A DNA stretch of 42,987 bases from Myxococcales bacterium (lineage in GTDB: Bacteria; Myxococcota_A; UBA9042). Shown here piece after piece: positions 9,845-17,341 of the stretch. The stretch's first letter is position 1, and each line of letters starts with the position of its first letter. The stretch covers positions 1-42,987 of the forward strand of contig JBBISH010000045.1 of NCBI GenBank assembly GCA_037441385.1, given 5' to 3'. The notes under the pieces were generated by a model. That model was not told where the DNA came from and did no database searches. It was given only the letters and a program-made list of their open reading frames with translations. The translations under genes and the position numbers were made by a program.

Positions 9845-10759
9845 ATGGGCATGCTCGAAGGCAAGGTGGGCATCGTGACCGGCGCGGGCCGCGGCATCGG
9901 TGCCGCCATCGTCCAAGACCTAGCGGCCCAAGGTGCGGCCGTGGTGGTCAACGACCTGGGTGCGCGTTTGGACGGTGGGCAGACCGGCGAACACCCGGCG
10001 CACGACGTGGCACAGGCCATCCGCGCGGCCGGCGGCGAGGCCATCGCCAACGAGCAAAGCGTGGCCACCTTCGACGGCGCCCGCTCTATGGTGCGCGACG
10101 CCCTGGCCCGATGGGGCCGCATCGACTTTGTGGTGCACAACGCCGGCATCGTGCGCGACGTGATCTTCCACAAGATGAGCGAAGAGGATTTCGACAGCGT
10201 GATCGCGGTCCACCTCAAGGGCGGTTTCAACATCTTCCGCGCCTGCGCCGAGCCATTTCGCGAGCAAGGGAGCGGCGCGATGCTGGCCATGACCTCGACC
10301 TCGGGGCTCATCGGCAACGTGGGCCAAGCTAACTACGCGGCGGCCAAGCTGGGCCTAGTGGCGCTGACCCGCAGTATCGCCCTGGACATGCAGCGCTACG
10401 GTGTGCGCGCCAATGCCGTCGCTCCGTTTGCCTGGACCCGCATGACCTCGAGCATCCCCGCGCGCGATGCCGCCGGCGAGGCGCGCCTGCGGCGCCTGCA
10501 GCAGCTCGACCCAGCCCAAGTGGCGCCGCTGGTCACGCTTCTGGTCAGCGACCGCGCCAAGGACATCAATGGCCAGATTTTTGCGGTTCGCGGCACCGAG
10601 ATCACCCTATTCGATCCGCCCGAGCCCAGCCGCAGTCTGCACCGGCAAGGTGGTTGGACGGCCGAAGAGCTGGCTGATCAGTTGCCGCAGGCCTTCCGCG
10701 CCAGTTTTGCCCCGCTCCGGGTCACCGGCGACGTGTTCGGGTATGACCCACTCGTGTAG
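9845..10759 (+). CDS. SDR family oxidoreductase (3-hydroxyacyl-CoA dehydrogenase/MFE-2-like)
   Basis: TGAGRGIG, VVVNDLG, HNAGIVRD, GQANYAAAKLG (YxxxK). Confidence 0.92.
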   Translation: MGMLEGKVGIVTGAGRGIGAAIVQDLAAQGAAVVVNDLGARLDGGQTGEHPAHDVAQAIRAAGGEAIANEQSVATFDGARSMVRDALARWGRIDFVVHNAGIVRDVIFHKMSEEDFDSVIAVHLKGGFNIFRACAEPFREQGSGAMLAMTSTSGLIGNVGQANYAAAKLGLVALTRSIALDMQRYGVRANAVAPFAWTRMTSSIPARDAAGEARLRRLQQLDPAQVAPLVTLLVSDRAKDINGQIFAVRGTEITLFDPPEPSRSLHRQGGWTAEELADQLPQAFRASFAPLRVTGDVFGYDPLV

Positions 10760-10819
10760 AGACTCGACCCAACAAGAAGGCGCGGCCGCGGCGGGCCCAG
10801 ACTGCTCAAGAAATCGACC

Positions 10820-10977
10820 CGCTTCGATTCGTGTACTTGTACCGAATCTGGTCAGATCGGAATTCTGGGCATTTTCCGGGTCAGGGCCGGGGTCCCGGCC
10901 TGACTCTCGCTAGTTGCACAGCAGATCAGAGAAAAGATCAGAGAATCCGTGCGGGCGCGAATCAGGTGGGGTACGCA
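10820..10977. repeat. Dispersed intergenic repeat family A, copy 1 (MITE-like)
   Basis: 10887-10933 matches 33451-33497 at 42/47 nt; 10954-10977 matches 33506-33529 at 21/24 nt. Confidence 0.8.
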
Positions 10978-11190
10978 TTACTTGATCGCCCACCATGTGG
11001 CACGATTGGCTTCCGTGACCTTGCTGACCACACCTTCTGCGTGAAGGCGACTCAAGGCTTCCTGCAAATTCGCTTTGCTGAAAGCCTCATCGCACCACAC
11101 GTGGAAATCTGCAACCTGCAGTTCGCGATCTGGGTGTTGGCGCAGCGTGGCTAAGATGAACTCACGCGCAGTTCCTGTCTTCTTGGGCAT
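10978..11190 (-). CDS. 70-aa hypothetical protein, winged-helix-like
   Basis: MPKKTGTAREFILATLRQHPDRELQVADF...SKANLQEALSRLHAEGVVSKV...W; strong GAGGGAGAG RBS upstream of ATG 11190. Confidence 0.7.
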   Translation of the reverse strand: MPKKTGTAREFILATLRQHPDRELQVADFHVWCDEAFSKANLQEALSRLHAEGVVSKVTEANRATWWAIK

Positions 11191-11352
11191 GCTCTCCCTC
11201 CCCGCTCTCCGCAGCCAGGCACGCCGCGGATTCCCAGTGGGAGAGTGTAGCAGGATGACAGTGCGTAGGCCAAACGATCGTTTCAATTTCACGTCAGGTG
11301 CCGACTGCAACAAACAGAGTTCCCAAGATGGAATACAGGAAACACAACGGGT

Positions 11353-11811
11353 TCAGCGATTCGTCTCGAGCGGCAAGCCGGCGGCGCGCCAGCCGTCGAT
11401 GCCAGAAGGCATGATCCAGACATCGCGAAACTGGAGGGCGACCGCCACCCGGGCGGCCTTGTGGCACGCCAGTCAGTGTTCATTACTGCAGTAGAATACT
11501 AGTGTTGCGCTCTTGTCCGCGGGCAACCGATCCGCGGAAACTTCGCCAAGGGCGAGCGCGATCGCCCCCGGCACCCGTCCAAGTGCATAAGTTTCGGGGC
11601 GATTGTTGTCGAAGACGTGGATACTACGGCCGTCTTTCAACCATTGCCACAGCTGTTGGGGCGTAAGGGTGCCAAACTGATCGCGGTGCGCCTCGGCCGC
11701 GGCGGGCGGCGAGCTGCGGCCTGCCGCGCTGCCACAGCCGGCTGCGGTGGCGATCGTCGCCGCCACGACCCAGGTCGGCCGCAATGAAAATGTCTTGGGG
11801 CAAAGGTCCAT
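11353..11811 (-). CDS. Rhodanese-domain lipoprotein with an in-frame UGA (11473-11475), probably selenocysteine
   Basis: Lipobox ATAAGC; rhodanese motifs FDNNRPETYALGRVPGAI and LVFYC; after the TGA the frame continues LACHKAARVAVALQFRDVWIMPSGIDGWRAAGLPLE, which completes the rhodanese C-terminal signature; final stop at 11353-11355. Confidence 0.8.
11431..11472 (-). other. Candidate bacterial SECIS element
   Basis: Immediately 3' of the UGA: stem GGCCGCC/GGCGGUC with loop CGGGU starting 21 nt after the UGA, G at loop position 2; basal CUGG/CCAG pairing. Confidence 0.6.
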
Positions 11812-11976
11812 GGCATCGGTCCCGCACGGGCACCCGCCCGCATGGCAAGCATACGGGTTGAACCGCGAACTGCAATGGTGTCGCAGCCCGCGGGCAAATC
11901 GTGTAGGCTGCCACCCCAGGGCCGGCGGTCGGTGCCCACCTTGTGCACCTGGCCGCGTCGCCACGCGAGGAAGAAC

Positions 11977-13164
11977 ATGCTGGAGAACAAGATTCACGGA
12001 ATCGCGATCGCACCGCGGCGCGGGCTTGCGCGCGTGGCCTTGGCAGGACTGGCCACCGTGGCGCTGGGGGCGTGCGGCGCGACTGGCGGCGGTGGTGGTG
12101 GTGGCGGCGGCGTCATCGTCGGCGCGCCAGGGACGGCCTGCAACCCCGCCACCTACGGCGAGGTTTGCTTGGGCTCCGCCCGCATGGTGTGCGATCCCAA
12201 CCTGACCGTGTGGACGCAACTGGCCGTTTGTCCACAGGGCAGCTCGTGCGTGCTGACTTCGGTGACAACCACGCTTTGCACCGCGCCAACGACCGACACG
12301 ACCTCGTCATCGGGTAGCGACGCCGGCAGCACCGACACGGGCGCCAACAAGGCCGACACCACCAAGGACTCCGGCGGGAACACCCAACCCGATGTCCAGA
12401 CGACGGATATCAAGACGACCGATAGCGTGCCCACCGACACCATCGATCCGGGCGATGTGCCGCCGCAACCCACGGGGCCGATGACCATCTCCGAGATCCA
12501 GCAGGGCTCGGTCGGTTGTCCGTCGCCCGACCCGGCGGCTTGGAACCAACTGCCCGGGGTCACCATCACGGGCGCTACGGTGGTGACGTCGCAGCGCAAG
12601 CTCAACACCGACGGCTCGATGATCGGCGTGTACGTGCAGCAGGGATCCGGTCAGTGGTCTGGCCTGTTTGTGATCGGCGCCAAGGACGGCCCGCTGGGCG
12701 CGCTGAACTTGGGCGACGTCGTCAATCTGACCGGCGATGTCAAAGACTACTACTGCCTGACCGAGATGTACGTGACCGCTGCCACCACGACCGCGGTGGG
12801 ACAGTCGGCGCAGGCCACGACCGCTACCCTCTACCAGGTCGGCGACTCGGCTGGCCCCGCCAAGTCCGAGGCCTGGGAAGGCGCGCTCGTCGAGCTCCAC
12901 AACGTGGTGACCGGCGGCGACGCGCTGGGCACGGACGGCAAGCCGCACGGCGACTTCTGGGTCGGCATGACCAAGGGCGACACGGCACTGCGCGTAGGCG
13001 CCGGGTTCCCGGGCGTGTATACCAGCGTCAAACAAGCCGACGGTACGTTCTTGCCCAAGTACCCGGCCGGCACGATGCTGAGCACGGTGCGCGGAGTCAT
13101 CGACTACAATTTCGGGACGTTCCGCCTCCTGCTGACTGAAGATCCGCTGCTCGGCGCACCCTAG
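11977..13164 (+). CDS. Lipoprotein with poly-Gly stretch, small Cys module, Thr/Asp-rich linker and C-terminal OB-fold-like domains (similar to those of extracellular nucleases)
   Basis: GAGGAAG RBS; lipobox VALGAC; TISEIQQG..VTITGATV..GVYVQQG..WSGLFV..GDVVNLTGDVKDYY; EAWEGALVEL. Confidence 0.75.
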   Translation: MLENKIHGIAIAPRRGLARVALAGLATVALGACGATGGGGGGGGGVIVGAPGTACNPATYGEVCLGSARMVCDPNLTVWTQLAVCPQGSSCVLTSVTTTLCTAPTTDTTSSSGSDAGSTDTGANKADTTKDSGGNTQPDVQTTDIKTTDSVPTDTIDPGDVPPQPTGPMTISEIQQGSVGCPSPDPAAWNQLPGVTITGATVVTSQRKLNTDGSMIGVYVQQGSGQWSGLFVIGAKDGPLGALNLGDVVNLTGDVKDYYCLTEMYVTAATTTAVGQSAQATTATLYQVGDSAGPAKSEAWEGALVELHNVVTGGDALGTDGKPHGDFWVGMTKGDTALRVGAGFPGVYTSVKQADGTFLPKYPAGTMLSTVRGVIDYNFGTFRLLLTEDPLLGAP

Positions 13165-13221
13165 AGACCTGACCAACTACTGCACACTCGTTCAGTTCTT
13201 GGATGTTCTGGTCAGGTCTCT
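13161..13221. repeat. About 60-bp palindromic element (family B), overlapping the upstream TAG stop
   Basis: Perfect 13-bp inverted repeat AGAGACCTGACCA (13163-13175) / TGGTCAGGTCTCT (13209-13221); aligns end to end with 34829-34887. Confidence 0.75.
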
Positions 13222-13225
13222 CGCT

Positions 13226-13532
13226 GCTAGGAGCCTGTCGGCAAAATGGGCGACACTACATGTCCATTTAGTTATACATTATGATCTTATTGGGTGCCGC
13301 CAGTCTCCTAGCCTTTTTCGTTTGTCCAACTGGCCGAAAATCGCCCGAAGTGAATTCGTGCGATTTCAGCCAGTTGCCGCCGCGCAAGACGCGGCGCTAG
13401 GATTGTGCCGGGATTATCCCGACACGCTCCTAGGTGGGTCGCAAGCTCGCCCCGTTGGGGACTCGCCGCTCCAATTGCGGCGGGTCCGGCGCAGCGAAGA
13501 ACTCCAATTGGCGCTCTGGAGACTCGACCCGC
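13226..13532. other. Array of consecutive stem-loops (possible structured ncRNA or cluster of miniature elements)
   Basis: Inverted repeats at 13226-13243/13295-13312, 13327-13376, 13378-13396, 13397-13433, 13434-13441/13525-13532 and 13460-13486. Confidence 0.6.
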
Positions 13533-13572
13533 CCCAGGCCGAGTGCCGCCGCCCAACTGGCGAATCCAACGA

Positions 13573-14307
13573 TCAGGGCAATTGCACCGCGGTGAGTTCT
13601 GCTGGGTGCACCACGGCCACCGCGTCCAGATCAAAGCCACCGGTCGGCACAAGATACTGGTTCACTCCCGTGTCGCGAATGCGCACGTAGCGAACCGCCT
13701 TGAGCCCCAGTACCGCCAAATCAAAGCCATCGCCACCCGAGACTGCGGGGTCCGTTGCCGAAATGCCGTTACTGGGCGAACTGAACACGGGCGCGACCCC
13801 AGCACAGCCCGCGAAGATTCCTTTGGCGTCGTTGGCGTTGCAGGGCCAGGTATGCCAGGTGATGCCGTCGGCACTTACCGCCACTTCGCCCGTCTCGATG
13901 AAGCCGTCGAACGGATTCTCGAAGACCAGCAGATCTACGCCCGGGCCGTCGGTGGCGACCCAGTCGTCAAATGCCACGACAATCGTGCCGCTTTCGCCCA
14001 GCGAGACCACGTCCAAGCTACCGGCCTTGTTGCCGGCGCCCTTGGGCGGCCCCAACACGACCGCCGGCATGTTCGCCTGCCCAAAACCGGCTTGGGGGCC
14101 CGGCGCGTAGGCGACCACGCGGTCAGCAAACGGATCGGCAGGGTGGGTCGGACCACTGCCGGTGAATTGCATCGCCGCCGTGGTGGCCTTGGCGTCGCCG
14201 CCGCCCGCGTCTGGGGCGGGGGCTGGGCCCGACGCCTCGCACCCACAAGCCAGCCCAGCGGCCAGACACCACGCCACCCAGCCATGTTCTTGCATCATCG
14301 CCGCCAC
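13573..14307 (-). CDS. Lipoprotein of the 'cell surface protein' type, candidate cobalamin-binding protein
   Basis: Lipobox AGLACGC; DPFADRVVAYAPG..VLGPPKG..SLDVVSLGESGTIVVAF..DLLVFENPF..GGDGFDL..RYVRIRD..GFDLDAV; second gene behind the B12 riboswitch; start uncertain (14307/14298). Confidence 0.8.
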   Translation of the reverse strand: MAAMMQEHGWVAWCLAAGLACGCEASGPAPAPDAGGGDAKATTAAMQFTGSGPTHPADPFADRVVAYAPGPQAGFGQANMPAVVLGPPKGAGNKAGSLDVVSLGESGTIVVAFDDWVATDGPGVDLLVFENPFDGFIETGEVAVSADGITWHTWPCNANDAKGIFAGCAGVAPVFSSPSNGISATDPAVSGGDGFDLAVLGLKAVRYVRIRDTGVNQYLVPTGGFDLDAVAVVHPAELTAVQLP

Positions 14308-14338
14308 CTCCGCGAGGTAGGGGCCGCGTGCCGCGGCG

Positions 14339-14944
14339 CTACTTCTTGGTCGCCTTGGTCCAGGGGAAGGAACCGCCGCAGCCCTTGTTGTCGGGGTCGC
14401 TGGCGTCGGCGGTCAGGGTCGATGCCTTGGCCAAGGCCAGGGAATCCTTGCCATAGTCCACGATGCAGTAGTAGAAGGAGTTGTTCTTGGGCTCGGTCCA
14501 AATGACCTTGTTGAACTTGTTGGGGTTGTAGGGGTCGTCGGCCGGCTCTTGGGTAAAGCCCAGGTTGGCGGCATTGTCGAACTCGACGATCTTCGCCTTG
14601 TTCCACATCGTTTGCGTGATGACGTCGTCGGTGCCGTAGGGCGTGGCCCAGGTGCCGATCAACTCGAAGACAGCGGCAGCGGTGTCGGCCGAGGCGGTGT
14701 CGGCCGAGGCGGTGTCGGCCGAGGCAGTGTCGGCGGTCGCCGTGTCGCCGCTGGCGGTGTCCTTGCCCGCCGAGTAGCTGCTGCCCACGTCCGACTGGGT
14801 CGCCGTGCTGGAGCTGCCGGTGCCCGAATCGCAGCCCGCGATCACCAACGCCGAGCCGGAAACAAGGGCCATGCTGCACGCCAAGGCCGCGCTCCGCTGA
14901 CGGAGCGAGCTGGAGCCGCCAAAGAAATTGCAATTGATTTTCAT
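14339..14944 (-). CDS. Hypothetical lipoprotein, first gene downstream of the cobalamin riboswitch
   Basis: Lipobox LVIAGC; (DTASA)n linker; C-terminal domain with FYYC...GCGGSFPW; GGGGAA RBS. Confidence 0.8.
   Translation of the reverse strand: MKINCNFFGGSSSLRQRSAALACSMALVSGSALVIAGCDSGTGSSSTATQSDVGSSYSAGKDTASGDTATADTASADTASADTASADTAAAVFELIGTWATPYGTDDVITQTMWNKAKIVEFDNAANLGFTQEPADDPYNPNKFNKVIWTEPKNNSFYYCIVDYGKDSLALAKASTLTADASDPDNKGCGGSFPWTKATKK
14679..14738. repeat. 15-bp coding tandem repeat encoding the DTASA linker
   Basis: GCGGTGTCGGCCGAG x3 plus one degenerate copy. Confidence 0.85.
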
Positions 14945-15209
14945 GATGCTAGTTCCCCAAGACCGCGAACTCGCTGGTTGGGCCGCGCCCTGCTCTGCAC
15001 GCGTAGCCGCCAGCCATCCGATCCCGCCAGTGCGCAGGCCAGTCTCACCGGGCGGTTGCCTGGGGAGCCGCGTCGACTTGGCCGCCTACCCGCAGCGCTG
15101 CGACCAGCCGGACCAGCCGGATGGCCGCGCACAAGCGCAATGAGTAGGCGTGGTTGGTCGACTTGCGGCGCGGCGCCGGACCCATGTCCTGCGCGCGCTG
15201 GCGTTGCCG

Positions 15210-15350
15210 GTCCCCACGCCTCGAGGGACACTTGCACAGGGAGTTCCCGACTTGCGGTGGCGCCAGCGGTCCAGCGGCGTCACACACTCACGGTTGCGGG
15301 TCAGCGCCGGAATTGCACCGGACTTCCTCCCGCGCGACGACCGCAAACGG
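15210..15350 (-). promoter_or_regulatory. Cobalamin (B12) riboswitch, short type
   Basis: Minus strand AGGAAGTCCGGTGCAATTCCGGCGCTGACCCGCAACCGT (15328-15290), B12-box-like AAGTCGGGAACT (15253-15242), GGGAG/CTCCC pairing, downstream hairpin GTCCCTCGAGGCGTGGGGAC; TGCTAGCCT -10-like element just upstream. Confidence 0.88.
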
Positions 15351-15391
15351 CCTCGCGCAGTTCGCAGGCTAGCACGATCGTCGCGCAGCCA

Positions 15392-16675
15392 TCAAGCCGC
15401 GGGTCGCGGCGGGTACGGCTGGGCAAAGCCGGGTGGCGGAAACTGCGCCATCAGCTCGTACACTTCGCTGCGGATGCGGGCAATCGCCGCCGGGTCGTCG
15501 CGACCGGCAATCGCGCGCGCGATCCACGCGCCTACCTGCTCCATGTGGGCGGCGCCCAGGCCGCGCGAGGTCAGCGCAGGGGTACCGATGCGGACGCCCG
15601 AAGGGTTCATCGGCGGCTGCGGGTCAAAGGGGATGCTATTGAAATTCGCTTCCAATCCGGCCGCATCCATGGCCTTGGCCGCGATCTTGCCCGTCGCGCC
15701 CAGCGGCATGGTCGAGAACAGGACCAAGTGGTTGTCGCTGCCACCGGTGATCACCTGCAGACCGTGACGCATCAACGACTCGGCCAGGGCGCGGCTGTTG
15801 TCCACCACGGCCTGCGCATACGCGCGAAACTCCGGGGTCGCCGCCTCGTGTAGGGCCACCGCCAGCGCCGCCGTGGTGTGGTTGTGCGGACCGCCCTGTA
15901 GACCAGGAAACACCGCCTTGTCGATGGCTTGCGCGTGCTCGGACCGGCACAGGATCATGCCGCCGCGCGGTCCGCGCAGGGTTTTGTGGGTGGTGGTCGA
16001 GACCGCCGCCGAGTAGGGGATCGGGCTGGGGTGCGCGCCGCCCGCCACCAGACCGGCGATGTGCGCCATATCGGTCACAAGCAGGGCGCCGACCTCGCTG
16101 GCGATCTCGGCGAACTTGGCAAAGTCGATCACCCGCGGATAGGCCGTGGCGCCCGCCACAATGAGCGCCGGCTTGAACTCGCGCGCCTGGGCGGCGATCG
16201 CCGCATAGTCCAAGCGGTGCGTCACTGGGTCCACGCCATAGTGGGCGAAGTCAAAAAACCGCGACGTGGCCGAGACTTTCCAGCCGTGCGTCAAGTGGCC
16301 GCCCGCCGGCAGGCCCAGGCCCAGGATGCGCTTGTTCTCGGCATCGCGGGGGATCAGCGCCGTATACATCGCCAGGTTGGCGGGCGAGCCCGAGTACGGC
16401 TGCACATTGGCGTGATCGGCACCGAACACGGCCTTGGCACGGGCGATCGCCAGTTCCTCAATGGGATCGATGACCTGCTGGCCCTCGTAGTAGCGCTTGC
16501 GCGGGTAGCCCTCGCTGTACTTGTTGGTCAGCACCGAGCCCGAGGCCTGCAGTACGGCCAGCGAGGCGTAGTTCTCGGAAGGAATCAGCTTGGCGGTATA
16601 AAACTGCCGCGATTCCTCTTGGGCGATCAGCGCGCCGATCGCGGGATCCTGGCGATTGAGCTCGTTCAGCGACAT
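15392..16675 (-). CDS. glyA: Serine hydroxymethyltransferase
   Basis: LIPSENY, TNKYSEGYP, NVQPYSGSPAN, GGHLTHG, TTTHKTLRGPRGG (PLP Lys), FPGLQGGP, SGVRIGTPA; start MSLNEL with GAGG RBS. Confidence 0.97.
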   Translation of the reverse strand: MSLNELNRQDPAIGALIAQEESRQFYTAKLIPSENYASLAVLQASGSVLTNKYSEGYPRKRYYEGQQVIDPIEELAIARAKAVFGADHANVQPYSGSPANLAMYTALIPRDAENKRILGLGLPAGGHLTHGWKVSATSRFFDFAHYGVDPVTHRLDYAAIAAQAREFKPALIVAGATAYPRVIDFAKFAEIASEVGALLVTDMAHIAGLVAGGAHPSPIPYSAAVSTTTHKTLRGPRGGMILCRSEHAQAIDKAVFPGLQGGPHNHTTAALAVALHEAATPEFRAYAQAVVDNSRALAESLMRHGLQVITGGSDNHLVLFSTMPLGATGKIAAKAMDAAGLEANFNSIPFDPQPPMNPSGVRIGTPALTSRGLGAAHMEQVGAWIARAIAGRDDPAAIARIRSEVYELMAQFPPPGFAQPYPPRPAA

Positions 16676-16921
16676 CCATGACCTCGAATGGCCCACCTGG
16701 GGCGGCGCGGAGCATCGCACCGCCGGACGATCCCGTCAAAAGAGGCCCGGCCGGTCGCAACCAGGGCCATGGCGGCGAAAATGACCTTGCGGAACGGCTG
16801 CGAGCGTGGCAAACTTCCGCGCCTCAGCCGCCAACCCTGCTTGGTGGCGCCCCAAGAACGCAAGCGGAACTCGACAGGTACGCTTCTGAACGACGACTTG
16901 AGCACGGAGACTCGCAAGACG

Positions 16922-17212
16922 ATGAGCGATTTGCTGAACGATACCAATGCCCTGGACAAGCCCAAAGGCGAGCGCCCCCACCGCGCCTCGGCCCGCTCGG
17001 TGGAATTCCGCCCGATCGAAGTGACGGTGCAGGACGGCAACGTCAACCGCGCCCTGTCCATGCTCAAGCGCAAGATGGCCGCCGAAGGCATCTACAAGGA
17101 GCTGCGCAAGCGCCGCTTCTTCGAGAAGCCCAGCGAAGAGAAGAAGCGCCGCAATCGCGAGGCCGAGCGCCGCCGCAAGAAGGCCGTTCGCGCATCGCGC
17201 GAGAAGATCTAG
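16922..17212 (+). CDS. rpsU: 30S ribosomal protein bS21 with an N-terminal extension
   Basis: IEVTVQDGNVNRALSMLKRKMAAEGIYKELRKRRFFEKPSEEKKRR; start uncertain. Confidence 0.9.
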   Translation: MSDLLNDTNALDKPKGERPHRASARSVEFRPIEVTVQDGNVNRALSMLKRKMAAEGIYKELRKRRFFEKPSEEKKRRNREAERRRKKAVRASREKI

Positions 17213-17271
17213 GGCTGCGCGCATCGCGCGAGCTGATCTAAGGGGTGCGCGCATCGCGCGAGAAGATCTAG
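17189..17271 (+). repeat. Three tandem copies of a 24-bp unit equal to the rpsU 3' end including its stop codon
   Basis: CGCGCATCGCGCGAGAAGATCTAG at 17189 and 17248; CGCGCATCGCGCGAGCTGATCTAA at 17218; 5-6 nt spacers. Confidence 0.9.
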
Positions 17272-17341
17272 TCCAGGCCCTCGCCTGCACGATCCCGCCC
17301 ACAGCACTTGGCGCCGTCTTGGCCCGTCCATGGAGGCCGAC

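Noticed and set aside
11473..11475. TGA as the true stop of the rhodanese gene, or a pseudogene
   Set aside because: It would cut the fold at the active-site loop, while the downstream frame is intact and has a SECIS-like hairpin; not fully excluded without seeing sel genes
13324..13379. Integron attC-like site (GTCCAAC...GTTGCCG)
   Set aside because: Right box does not fit GTTRRRY, there is no unpaired central spacer, and there is no cassette array or integrase
13199..14505. ORFs 13199-13690, 13308-13652 and 13405-14505
   Set aside because: They cross the hairpin array or lie antisense to real genes, with non-coding-like composition
17189..17271. Mini CRISPR array
   Set aside because: Spacers are only 5-6 nt, the first repeat is coding, and no cas genes or leader are present
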